Shown one piece after another: positions 14,288 through 24,940 of a DNA stretch of 64,000 bases. The stretch's first letter is position 1. Each line of letters opens with the position of its first letter. Under the pieces are notes generated by a model. The model did no database searches and had not been told where the DNA came from. It saw nothing but the letters and a program-made list of their open reading frames with translations. The stretch is from Eremomyces bilateralis CBS 781.70 (taxonomy: Eukaryota). A program made the translations under genes and the position numbers. Location: assembly GCA_010015585.1 (NCBI GenBank), contig ML975150.1. The stretch is one strand, 5' to 3'.

Positions 14288-16005
14288 ATGTCGGCGACGA
14301 TCAACGACACCATACGATGGACGAAGCTGCAGAGTGAAGACATCCCACTCTCAGCACCCACTCTCTTCATCAGCTGCTCCACTGGGAACGACGGATACCA
14401 AGCAGTACTGACAGACTTGAGCAACGTATGGGTCGAACGGTTGCAACGCGACGACGTTATCAAACGTGCACAGGAGATCAAGACAACCATAGACCCCAAT
14501 GAGTCTCCGTCTCAATACCTCCTCTTTCTTCAAACGATCAAAGACGGCTTGGTAGGCCAGCCGTTTACCACTTTCTGGCTCGCAACAGAACCAGCCTCGC
14601 AGGACGTTGTCATGCAGCTCACCTGTCGTTTACCACCCCCTTTGCGGACCCTGACATGGCGCGTGCATTTTAAGCTCGCAATGCATGAAGGCATCAAGAA
14701 AGCTATTGTGATGCCTTTGTTTAAAGTGACTCTCCTCGAGAGTAGAAAAGGAAGGGAGCTGCAATCCGAAATCCGCGCGAAAGACCACATCATCGGTAAG
14801 CTGCTCGATGCGATCGAGGCGGTGGGTGCTGATCTATCATCCATTTTTCCTGGTCTGGCAGGCGCTGGAATTACGAGGACAGAAGAGCATAGGAAATGGC
14901 TGGTGGAAAATGTCAACGGCATGAGGGCTTTCGATGAAGACACCATGTTCCGAAGTAAGGTGCCAGCCCTGTTGAAGCTGCTCTCTGATGAGCAGATTGT
15001 CAACGAAGTGCCTGTTCCAGCAGAATGGTCATCTCTTCCAGAAAATCGTGGGGGTTTACCGAAACCCCTTTGGTGGCATCAACTGCCGCCCGAGCTTCCG
15101 GAGATTGAAGAGGCAGAAGATGGTTCTAGCGCCCCAGGGAGCAAGAAGACTCCCGGACGCTATAAAGTTCGGGTTAGTTTCCTTCGTAGCGGCGAAATAA
15201 CTACCCCATTGCTTACCACGATTTGTAGTTCCAGTCGATTCCCACTTCATCTTTTTACGATGACACTTCTAATACCAGTGCGGGGGACAATGCGTCACCA
15301 CTGGACGACACGCCGGTCAGCGCTCGAACTCCCGGTGTATGGAGGAGCCGATCCCAAACCTTGCGCGAGTCTGGTTCTCCTAGTCCCACCAGCAACGGCT
15401 CTCAGCATATGATAAAGCCCAACGGTACATCTCCCCCGCAATCGAACCCTACTCGTAGCCGTAGGCTAGGAAAAATCGGCGGAAAGCGTGCTGAGCCAGA
15501 TGTTGGTGGTAATTCCAAACAGGATCAAGCCGAGCAAGCCTGGCAGCAAAACCCTGAACCTGCGTATACAACCAGGAGCCAGCAGCCGCTCCCTGTCCCT
15601 CAGTCTGCGCCAGATGTGCCCAAAACCATTGCTTTATCACCACGAAGGTCCAAGGTCGGTCGTATCGGTGGTCGAAATGCAAAGGCCCCTGCACTCGAGC
15701 TGGGGCTGGGGGATCCTACACAGGACGTTAAGATGAGCACCGCTATGGAGTCCGACACTAACGATACGCATCAACACGAAGAAATAGAGTCGACGGATGC
15801 TGGTTCTGAGCAGGTTGCTTCGTCGCGTTTTCGGAATCAGGGGGCTGACGATGGAGAATCGCACGGAAAGGGTGGCCCCCCTATCGTAGAAGAGGATACA
15901 AACCCCGAAGAATCCGTGAAGCAATCAGCGGATCATCGCCGAGAGAAATTGAGGCGTCAATTGGAGACGCAGTCCACGGCAAAACCCAAGAGGAGGCGAT
16001 TCTGA
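14288..16005 (+). CDS. XLF/Cernunnos (Nej1-like) non-homologous end-joining factor, 2 exons
   Basis: Head domain YQAVLTDLSNVWVERL...IDP...LPPPLRTLTWRVHF, coiled coil EIRAKDHIIGKLLD, intron about 15167-15228, disordered tail ending KPKRRRF*. Confidence 0.85.
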
Positions 16006-16986
16006 GATGCTGGATGCAGAGTTTCATACCGAAGTCTGGATGCGTCCCTATCCCGTGTCAGTAGGGCACGCATCGACGAAAGATGCCATATTAGCCACCA
16101 GAGATTCACGAGACGGTTTATCGTATGATCGATAGTAAGACGCAAAAGAGTTTCGATTGCCCTGTCTATATTTTGGTTTGCTGTCGTCGTGCGTGTTGCG
16201 TTCTCGACGAGGATCTCGGGGGTCGTCGCTCTCGACCACCCTCGATGTCCCCGTTTGTTCCCCATTCACCGATCACAGTCCAAAAATTTACTCGAAGCTC
16301 CAAATGCATTGATGAGAGTTCCATTATACAGTCAATTACTTACAAGCATCTGGTAAGGAAGCCCATCCGAGTCCTCTCGAGTCACGACTGTCAACCGCCA
16401 TAACCGGACTAGCGGCTTCGCACGGGACCCCCTTAAAACACATCCTCTACCCATCGCTCCTTCTCTACCGTATTGGCACAACAGAAATAAACCAAATAAC
16501 TTCGCCTGTCTGTTAATGCAAGGCCACAGTGCTAAAACGCCCTTTCCTTTTCCCTCACTCGCACCTGCTTTCGATACCATCTTCCCATCTCTCTCCCACC
16601 TCCTACCACTCCATGACCATCCAACTTCTCACCACTTTGCACACCCGCGATATATCATCGCCATTGCTACAGCCTCTGAGACCATTCTAGATTATCTGGA
16701 TAGTGTTCGTGAGTTGTCATTTCGGATCAATGTGATGGAAAAGACACTGATCGGATAGTCGACCTCATCGTCCTCGTCGCATCCGTTCTCGGTCTTCCGG
16801 AGAGGAATTCATCATCGACAGAGACGATATCTCATTCATAATCATCATTATATTGCAGTACCTGGCTCTGTTCGCTTGAACTGACCCCCTAAGCCACCCT
16901 CATAATCGGTTGGGACTGATCCCCTTCACCGTCTCCCAGCCCACAACTTGTCACTGATCTGGCGAATTCAACCTGAATTCATCGCG

Positions 16987-19840
16987 ATGGTCAGAGTTAA
17001 CGTGTCTAAGGTATCTGGCCAGTAAGTTCTCATCACTTCTTCGTCGTCCATCTTCGGCTAAGTCTAACTCGCTGTCAGGGAGGATGGCAATTCTTCTCAA
17101 CTGGTATGTCTAGTTGCCATTAGGCACTCATCGTCCCTCACTAATTCTCACTGATGCTCACCCAAGCAGGTTTCTAAGGCGGAGTTTAATCTGAGGTCTG
17201 TGGATGATTTCCCGACGCTTGGGGGGCCTGCACCTACCAAGCCGATCGAGCGGAGAGCCGCCTCATGGACCCAGCTTGCGAAGAATCCTCCTGCTCGGTG
17301 CTCCTTGCAGCCATTGAAGTGTTCCGCCGAGTCATCCAAATCACTCGACAATAGCACATTCGTTGACAGGCTGCCAATTGATCTGCAAGCTGACAAGGCA
17401 AACACTAATGAGCCTACTACTGATGTTGAGAAACACAATGACAGCCTTGACAGATTGAGTGTTGCGTCTGGGTCATCGAAGCGCACCAAGAAGTCCGATA
17501 CCATCGGTGATTCCAAGACTAAACACACTGAACCGGCCGGTGTTGATTCTCATGGTGGCATCATCGACGTCGGTCAAGCCGCCAAAGACACCGCCAGTGC
17601 CTCCACTGCGACGCAAGCCGATGTCATCGACGAAGAGAAAGCTGCGAGGAAGAATGAATACCTCGTCGCCTTCCCGGCTCTTGGTGCGAAGACGCCTAAT
17701 GAAGTTCAAACTCCTAAGACATGTATATCACAATGCTTTCACCAACACACGCCCTGGCTAACATGCGCTTCCAGCAGCCTGGCCCAAGAGGCGTTTGACA
17801 AAGAGTCCCAAGAGTCCTCCCTCCCACCACTCGTCCCCGACCCGACCTATCTCTCCGAATCTTCAAACTAAGTACCGAGCTGAATGTCGAGCGGAGCGTA
17901 CAGCCGTTACTCCCAGCAAGCCAACAAACCATACAACCCGAATTATGAGTCCGGCGAAGTCTCCCTCGAAGTCTCCTTGTGCAGTAAGTTTTGGTCATTG
18001 TCTTCCTCATGCAATCAAAAGATTTACTCTGCAGCAGGTGTCTCCAAGAAAGACCGGGACATCAGCTTTGACCACCCCATCACCGCCTTCTAGGATTCGT
18101 GTCACTGCTGCGACTGTGCAAGGCATCTTCCACTCCCCCGAGGAACCAAAGAAGATTACTTCATCTCTTCCACTCGCGGAATTGACTAACCAGGGTGATT
18201 CTGGGTCACCGCGTCACAAGTCACACCTCCCTGCTTCGTCGTCCAAGTCCCATCACCTCCAGACGCGCACAGTGGCCGTTACGAACAACCAGGAAAACGA
18301 CCAGCAGAAGGAAAACACCCGCACCACCAAGCCGCCCAGGGTCTCAAACTTCCTTCCGCTGCTTCCGTTGCCGTCACCTCCCAAGAAGGAAAATATTGCG
18401 GGGTTAAGCCAAGAGCTGAAGGCACTACATTCTGGCTCAGACGATGAGGATGGAGATGCTAGTTTTGTTGTAAGTTCAAGACATCGGGATGCCAAACCTT
18501 TAGTAGTATTAATATCCCCTTTCCACTTTCCACGTCGAACATTACTGACAATGGTCTAAACAGAGCTCCAATGTTCCATTTCAGGGACTCGACGATGATG
18601 AAGAACGACGCCTCAAGAAGGAAAGCAAGGCTAATATCACTGCACAGGAATCCGAGCTAGACCAAGAGAAAGGAGAGCCGCAAGTTGCATCTAGTGGCGC
18701 GCCAGGTGACCATGAAGATGGGGATGGCGAGAAATATCCTGCCCATTACCTTCCTGCAATTGCTGGTTCTTCCAATGCTGAATCGAGCGGCGAGTCTACC
18801 GGCTCCATCCCCCCAGTGCCAACCAATACCCCTGCGGGTGAAGAGGAGACTGTCGCGGGTGAAGAGGAGATTGTGACTGGCGAGACCGCTGGTGAAAGTG
18901 CGATGAACACAACTGGTAAGCATCCCTTCATCCCCCTTCTTCTGAGTCTCTTAACATCGACAATTTACAATCCTCCCTCTTCCCTGAGGTTGAAACTCAA
19001 TTGACAATTTGCAAATAGAAGAAGGTGGTAACCATGAGGAGGATCTCACTGAGCAGGGTACGTAAGAAATAGATCGGCTCTCGTCGATGCCTCATTCTAT
19101 CCTTTGTTTCCTTTCCCTCAGGGTGAATCACTGTTCAGCATCTCCATCTTTCCGCAGCGTTCCATCCTCATGTTGAGTTGCTGCCTCGTCATCGTTGCCT
19201 GACTTGCCATCACTTTTTCTACTGGAGCTTTTGTTGACATTCTCTTTCTTCTAGATCAACGAACTTCGTTAAATCCTCATGCTCACACATTCCATCCTGC
19301 AAAGGTTTGTGATAACTCCATCACTCCTCTGCACCACTTCCTGATCCATTCCTATAGCCTTTACCCAACCTTCTTAAAATCCTTCCAGCAGAGCTGGAGA
19401 TATTCCTCCCTGGCCCAATACAAGCAGACATGGAGACCTCTCTCCCTCCAGGTGGCACAGAACCACCCCTCCCGCCAGTCCCAACTGGCGCACACCCAGA
19501 GGGAGGGGTCTTCATGATGGGGCATCCACAATTCCCCGGTGTCAGGATGTTCATCCACAACACAGCGGTCATCCCGCCAGACTGCACGTTCACCTTGTTG
19601 ATGTGGCCGCTAATGTGGCAGTTTTGCGCGCAGACCGATGAGGATGAACGGCCATTCCCAATCGGGGAGTTTGACGCTGAAGTCTTCTCCCCTCCCATCA
19701 CCTGGCCGGGATCAGGTGAGGTGCTGGCTCGAGTAACGAAGGACGGTTCGCGATTCCTCATATGCCTCAATCTGGCTGGTCAGTATGTCTGGCACACAAC
19801 GTTCCCGGATGGGACGACCTCAGTGACGCTCTACCACTGA
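16987..19840 (+). CDS. Uncharacterised multi-exon low-complexity protein with a PAM2 motif and a small C-terminal globular domain
   Basis: Phase-consistent exon chain: 17170-17722, 17775-17983, 18038-18469, 18564-18915, 19019-19057, 19255-19304, 19358-19840, all GT-AG, most with recognisable branch sites. Candidate 5' exons (16987-17010, 17079-17103) do not join in a consistent phase, so the start is uncertain. Confidence 0.7.
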
Positions 19841-19893
19841 TTTATGACCAACCTCACGGCACGTCACAACGCAACAGACACGACAACACCCAA

Positions 19894-20100
19894 CGGTTGA
19901 TGAAGCTTCATGAGAAGTGCTTTGACGGAGAATCATTTGGACTCCAAGCCTCGGCCATGGCTGAATCTTCTGTCCCTCATCATCGACTCACGACAGATGA
20001 AACCCCATCGGTTGATGAAGCTTGGTGAGAAGTGATTTGACGGAGAATTCTTTGGACTCCAAGCGTTGACCATAGCTGAATCTTCCGCCCCTCATCATCG
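19894..20100 (+). repeat. Imperfect direct repeat, 2 x ~92 bp, 115-bp offset
   Basis: CGGTTGATGAAGCTT...GAGAAGTG.TTTGACGGAGAAT..TTTGGACTCCAAGC...GCTGAATCTTC...CCCTCATCATCG at 19894-19985 and 20009-20100. Confidence 0.9.
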
Positions 20101-20132
20101 CCAATCCAAAACCCGGTCAATCCTTTAAAGAT

Positions 20133-20763
20133 GGCGATTTCGGTCCACATTCCTCACGTCCTGTCACAGCAGCAATGCCCTTTTCGTTCAGCCTTCGCTC
20201 TTCACACCACGACGACAACAACAATCTGCTATGGGAATCTTCACACTTGGTGCTTCGGTTTGGTCTTCATTTCCCTCATGTTCCACGATGACAGCAATCC
20301 TTTTCGATTCTTTACATGGCGTTTTGGTTCGGTCTTCACTTCCCAAACATCCGGCGATACCCCTTTCGATTCTTTCCACTTGGCGCTTCAGTTCAGTCTT
20401 CACTTCCCATATGTCCCGCCACAAGAGCAGATGCATTTCGAGTGTTCACTCTCGGCGTTTCAGTTCGGTCTTCGCTCCCCACACGTCCCGCGACAACAGC
20501 AAAAGCCTTTCGATTGCTTACTCCCGGCTTTTTAGTTCGGGCTTCTGCTTCCTTTACCTCCAGCGACAACAGTGGATTCCGGAGGTACAACGTGTCTCAG
20601 CAGCTCACTCGCAAGCGGACATTTGTCCATGAGGTCAACAAACTACAATGCCCTTTCGATTCTTGCAATTGGCATTTCAGTACGGTCTTCATTTCCTACA
20701 GGTCCTACAGCAACAACAAATCCCGGAAACGCGACATGTCTTGGCAATTCACTCGCAAACAGT
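20133..20763 (+). repeat. Degenerate tandem array of ~64-72-bp units (about 7 copies)
   Basis: Units resembling GGCGTTTCAGTTCGGTCTTCACTTCCC...CAACAGCAA..CCTTTCGATT start at about 20133, 20249, 20318, 20382, 20454, 20526 and 20671. Confidence 0.8.
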
Positions 20764-21118
20764 CCTTATCTCAATGGCGTCATCTCTTTCCAGTGCTTCA
20801 AGCAGGACTAATGGATCGTTTCATGACGGCAAACATTCGGATGAAACATACTCTGGCAGCATGGAGGAAACACATCTTTGATGGATGGAATTTGGCACAA
20901 GGCAGCTTTGAGGAGACGTTCATGGCACACATTCTGAAGGAAAGCAGCAACGGGAGAAACATTCGATGGCATACCACACTGGGAAGATACAGCACAATTC
21001 CTCGTCCCCTTTACTTCAAAATTGATGGTTAGCATCATGGTTCTCAGAGTAGCTTGGTAGCGGGTTGTCAAAATCATACGGTACGGAATACCGGGTTATA
21101 TTCCACATATCTGATCGC

Positions 21119-21163
21119 AATGATTCTGATCCCAATGATTCTGATCCCAATGATTCTGATCCC
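21119..21163 (+). repeat. 15-bp tandem repeat x3
   Basis: (AATGATTCTGATCCC)x3 read directly from the sequence. Confidence 0.9.
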
Positions 21164-22255
21164 TATGAATCTCAAACCGCGATCTTGTCCAACCGAGCAC
21201 CATGCAATGACTCGTGCGTAGTTTGATGCCGTGCAACGAACCACAGCTTTGTCGCACTGCAGCTCATCTGACATTTGACAGCAGCCGGTCTGTTTAACTC
21301 CACCTAATATGAAAATCCGATCTTTACTTGGACTCCGATTCATTCCCAGAGTGGCATCCTCGATGCGCATCCTCCTTACCGAACTGACGTGAACATACAA
21401 CCATGCATGATGTGAATCCGACATTCAATGAATATTCCAATCCTCGCTTCCTTATGTATAGATTGCGACCAGGCCTCAATTTGGGATTAGCAAGTCGGTC
21501 AGCAGGATGTGGACATTGTGGAGGATGATGACAGGGAGACTAGGACAGAAATCCGCCGAACGGCCCAGCCAGCCTTGGGCTGTCCATGCTAAACTGCATT
21601 CAGTAATTATCCCTGTCGGCACCTTCCTCCGTCTCAAACGAGAAAAGCCACTCCTGTCTCCTACTATGGGGAGTGCTGAGTGCTGACTGGCCCGTGAGTC
21701 TCCTCTTTTCCTGCCGCTCTCCTCTCCTCTCTCCTCTTCAACCTCTCGCTCCTCTCTCCTCATTCCTCCATCTCCATCCTGAACATTCCGCTTCCGGCTT
21801 CCTCTCCTCCATCTGAGGACCATTCGTTGCATTCGCTGCTGTATTGTAATATTCTTATCTGTGCATAATTATCCTCCTTCATTCGTTCCTCCCCGTCCTT
21901 CGCTTTTGGGTGCCATCGCTGCCTTGACATTTGCCGTATTTCCAGCGTGTCACGTCGCCGAGATTAACCCCTGTGGCGCTGCTTCGAGTCCGGATTTCGG
22001 TCAATCTCCAGCATATTACCTCTGCTATTACGGACTCCCGGTAGCCTGTCCTGCCCCTTTCACCGGTGCACAGTGCTGTGACTTCGCAGCATTGAACTTG
22101 GAAGTTACCTTTAACCTTCATCGAGCCTCCCCTCTTGGACCTTTGGCGACCCGCTGCTGCAATCACATCGCGTGACACGGCCATCGCCTTTTCCTCGTTC
22201 AACTCCATTTGAACATCTATCCACTTCTCCTTCAGACCATCGCTGGACCTTCACA

Positions 22256-23713
22256 ATGCGCTCCGTCCTCGCGGCAACCGTGGCTTCGGTCGCATTGCTC
22301 ACCACCTCGGTTTTGGCCGACATCCCGAAATGCGGCCCAGGAAGCCCTTGCCCTGAGTCAGCTCCATGTTGTTCTCGTACGTCTTCGCTCCAAATCCCAT
22401 CGTCGTGGGACCATCTCTGACTTAACAGCTAGAATACGGACAGTGCGGTGTCGGCGCATACTGCCTCGGTGGCTGCGATCCTCTCTTCTCCCATAGCATG
22501 GAAGCATGCGTTCCGAACCCCGCTTGCAAGAGCGCCGACTACCAGTTTAAGTCGTTGAGCGATGTCGCATCCATCTCAAAGTATCTAGGAGACCCGTCGA
22601 AGGCAAACTGGGTGTCGAGCGGCAACCCGGCCGCGTACGGTGATTCTATACTGTTGACCATGGCGCCGGACACGGTCGGCACGCTCATGGCGACGACCAA
22701 GTATGTCTGGTACGGCAAGATTTCCGCGACAATGACGACCAGTCAAGGCGCTGGTGTTGTGACGGCATTCATCATGATGTCCGATGTGAAGGATGAAATC
22801 GACTTCGAATTCGTTGGCGTGGACTTGGATCATGCGCAATCCAACTTCTATTCCCAGGGTGTGACGAACTGTATGTCTTCGGTCGCTCCGAGATGCTTGG
22901 GCATTGGCTGACGCTATGACAGATAACAACGGCAAGAACCTGACTGTGACGAATACCGTGGAGAACGTTCATACGTACACCATCGACTGGCAGCCCGATC
23001 ACCTCGACTGGATCGTCGATGGCAAAATTCTCCGCACGCTGAAGCGCCAGGACACGTGGAACAGCACTTCCAACCGCTTTGATTACCCCCAAACCCCATC
23101 CCGAGTGATGCTTTCCCTTTGGCCAGCCGGTCTTCCCTCCAACGGCGAAGGCACCATCAAGTGGTCCGGTGGCCTCGTCGACTGGAACAGCCCGCTGATG
23201 CAGAACGGATACTACTACGCCATGGTCAAGTCGGTCAATGTCGAGTGCTACGATCCCCCGTCAGGAGCCCAAATCCAAGGAAGCAAGGCCTACATCTACA
23301 CCGACGAAGCCGCCACCAACAACACCGTCCAGATGGTCGACAAGGTAGTCGTCCTCAAATCCCTCTACGCTAGCGGTGAAAACCCCGACTTCGATCCCAA
23401 CGCCAGTGCTTCCGGCTCGTCGCCATCCTCCACCCCGAGCCTCTCTGCCGAAACCGTTCCCGGTGTCGTCGGTGCTGGCGAGCGAAGCGGTGAGGACTCT
23501 AGCGGAGGCTCCGGTTCCACGAACAGCGACCCGTCTGGCAACACCCAATCTGGTGACAGCAGCGGCAGCAGTGGAACCGGCAGCGGCGGCTCCACGGGCT
23601 TCTCTCAGGGAGGGAGCAGCGCCGGTGGGAACAGCGGTGCCTCGTCAGACAAGATGGTCAAGGGGAGCGTCTTCGCCGTCGTGGTTGCCGCCATTGCGCT
23701 TCTGGCCTCGTAA
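22256..23713 (+). CDS. UTR2: GH16 chitin transglycosylase Crh2/Utr2 with N-terminal CBM18-type module and GPI signal, 3 exons
   Basis: Signal peptide; CGPGSPCPESAPCCS joined to EYGQCGVGAYCLGGCDP; catalytic DEIDFEF; YPQTPSRVMLSLWP; S/G-rich stalk; hydrophobic tail. Confidence 0.92.
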
Positions 23714-24782
23714 ACGCGGAGCTGCCTTGACCGAGTCGAGCATGATCAGTTTTACGAGGAGCATGTGCTGTCTAAATCCCAGCACACCGGGGCATTGCGA
23801 GGGATCGTTTTATCAATCAGGGTTCTTTGCCGGCTATCGACGATTTTATTTTTTCCTGTGGTTATTCGTTTCGTCCTGTCTTCGGTTGGCTCGCGGCCAA
23901 TCCAGACACCTAGTTCCCCAGAAAACGGGCGTCACCTTCCTTCGAGTCCTTATAATTTTGCCCGGAGTCGGGCTGCCTCTCATTGACACCAGCGAACTTA
24001 ATGGAGGTTGTCGAAACACAGCGGCGGGTGCGTGTGGGATGGAGGGTGTCGATTTATCCCCATCCGGTCGGATAGTTCTCTTTAGCCACGATGGAATATC
24101 TGCTTCGTGTCTAGATATTAGGGTTGAGCAGAAGAGAGGCGGTGAAGTAGTAAAAATACCACAACTTTTTCTGTCTACCCGCCTTGCATCTTTCGTGATA
24201 AGCAAATCTATTTGTCTATCGCAGCTCATCGGGTCCCGACCCAGTGAGTGGTTCGATTATCAGCATCGCCTCCGCATTCGTCCGCACGATCAATCGTTAC
24301 AAATTTATCTTTTCTCACGTCGTACACGACGTCGTCTACCATCGCTACCGAGACCCACTTACATGCCACGCGCCGACGCCGTGAGACGACGCGCAATGCC
24401 CCCGATCGCACGGTCGTGGAACCAGGCACAAGCACCAGGCGATCGGCCGCGATCCACCGCGGAAATCGGAGGAGCCAGTGTTTTTATGTTAGGGGTCAAT
24501 CGATAATTCCGAGTCTATAGATACGGGATGAATAACTACAGGGAAGAGTGAGATGCACCTCATGCGACGCCGTCCGTTGCGTGGAAAACGAGTGACAAAG
24601 TCCGTCCACCTGGCACGATCGCCAGAAGAACCCAAATGGATCCGGTCCGGTCTCACCCCGTCGGGATCGTGCGTGCATCAATCTGATTTATAAATATCCC
24701 TCCGAACCGTCCCCACCCGACCAAAACCCCTCCAAACGAAATCGCAGGAAATGAAAACCAGCACAAAAGCAGGAAAAGGGCC

Positions 24783-24820
24783 CCGTCCGTCCGTCCGTCC
24801 GCCGCGGCCGCGGCGGCCGC
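24783..24820 (+). repeat. (CCGT)n microsatellite followed by a GC-rich CCGCGG repeat
   Basis: CCGTCCGTCCGTCCGTCCGCCGCGGCCGCGCGGCCGC. Confidence 0.7.
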
Positions 24821-24940
24821 GATGCACCGATTTGTATCTCGCACCGTTGGAAATGCAACCGAGGACCACGAAGAACGACCACAATGACTGGAAAATGGAA
24901 ATCGACGAGATGGAACCACACGGAGAAAATCTGTTGGTAA

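Noticed and set aside
20133..20763. CRISPR-like interpretation of the repeat array
   Set aside because: Eukaryotic context, degenerate units, no unique spacers and no cas genes.
23376..24506. 376-codon + strand ORF
   Set aside because: Alternative-frame overlap of UTR2 running into its 3' region; not protein-like.
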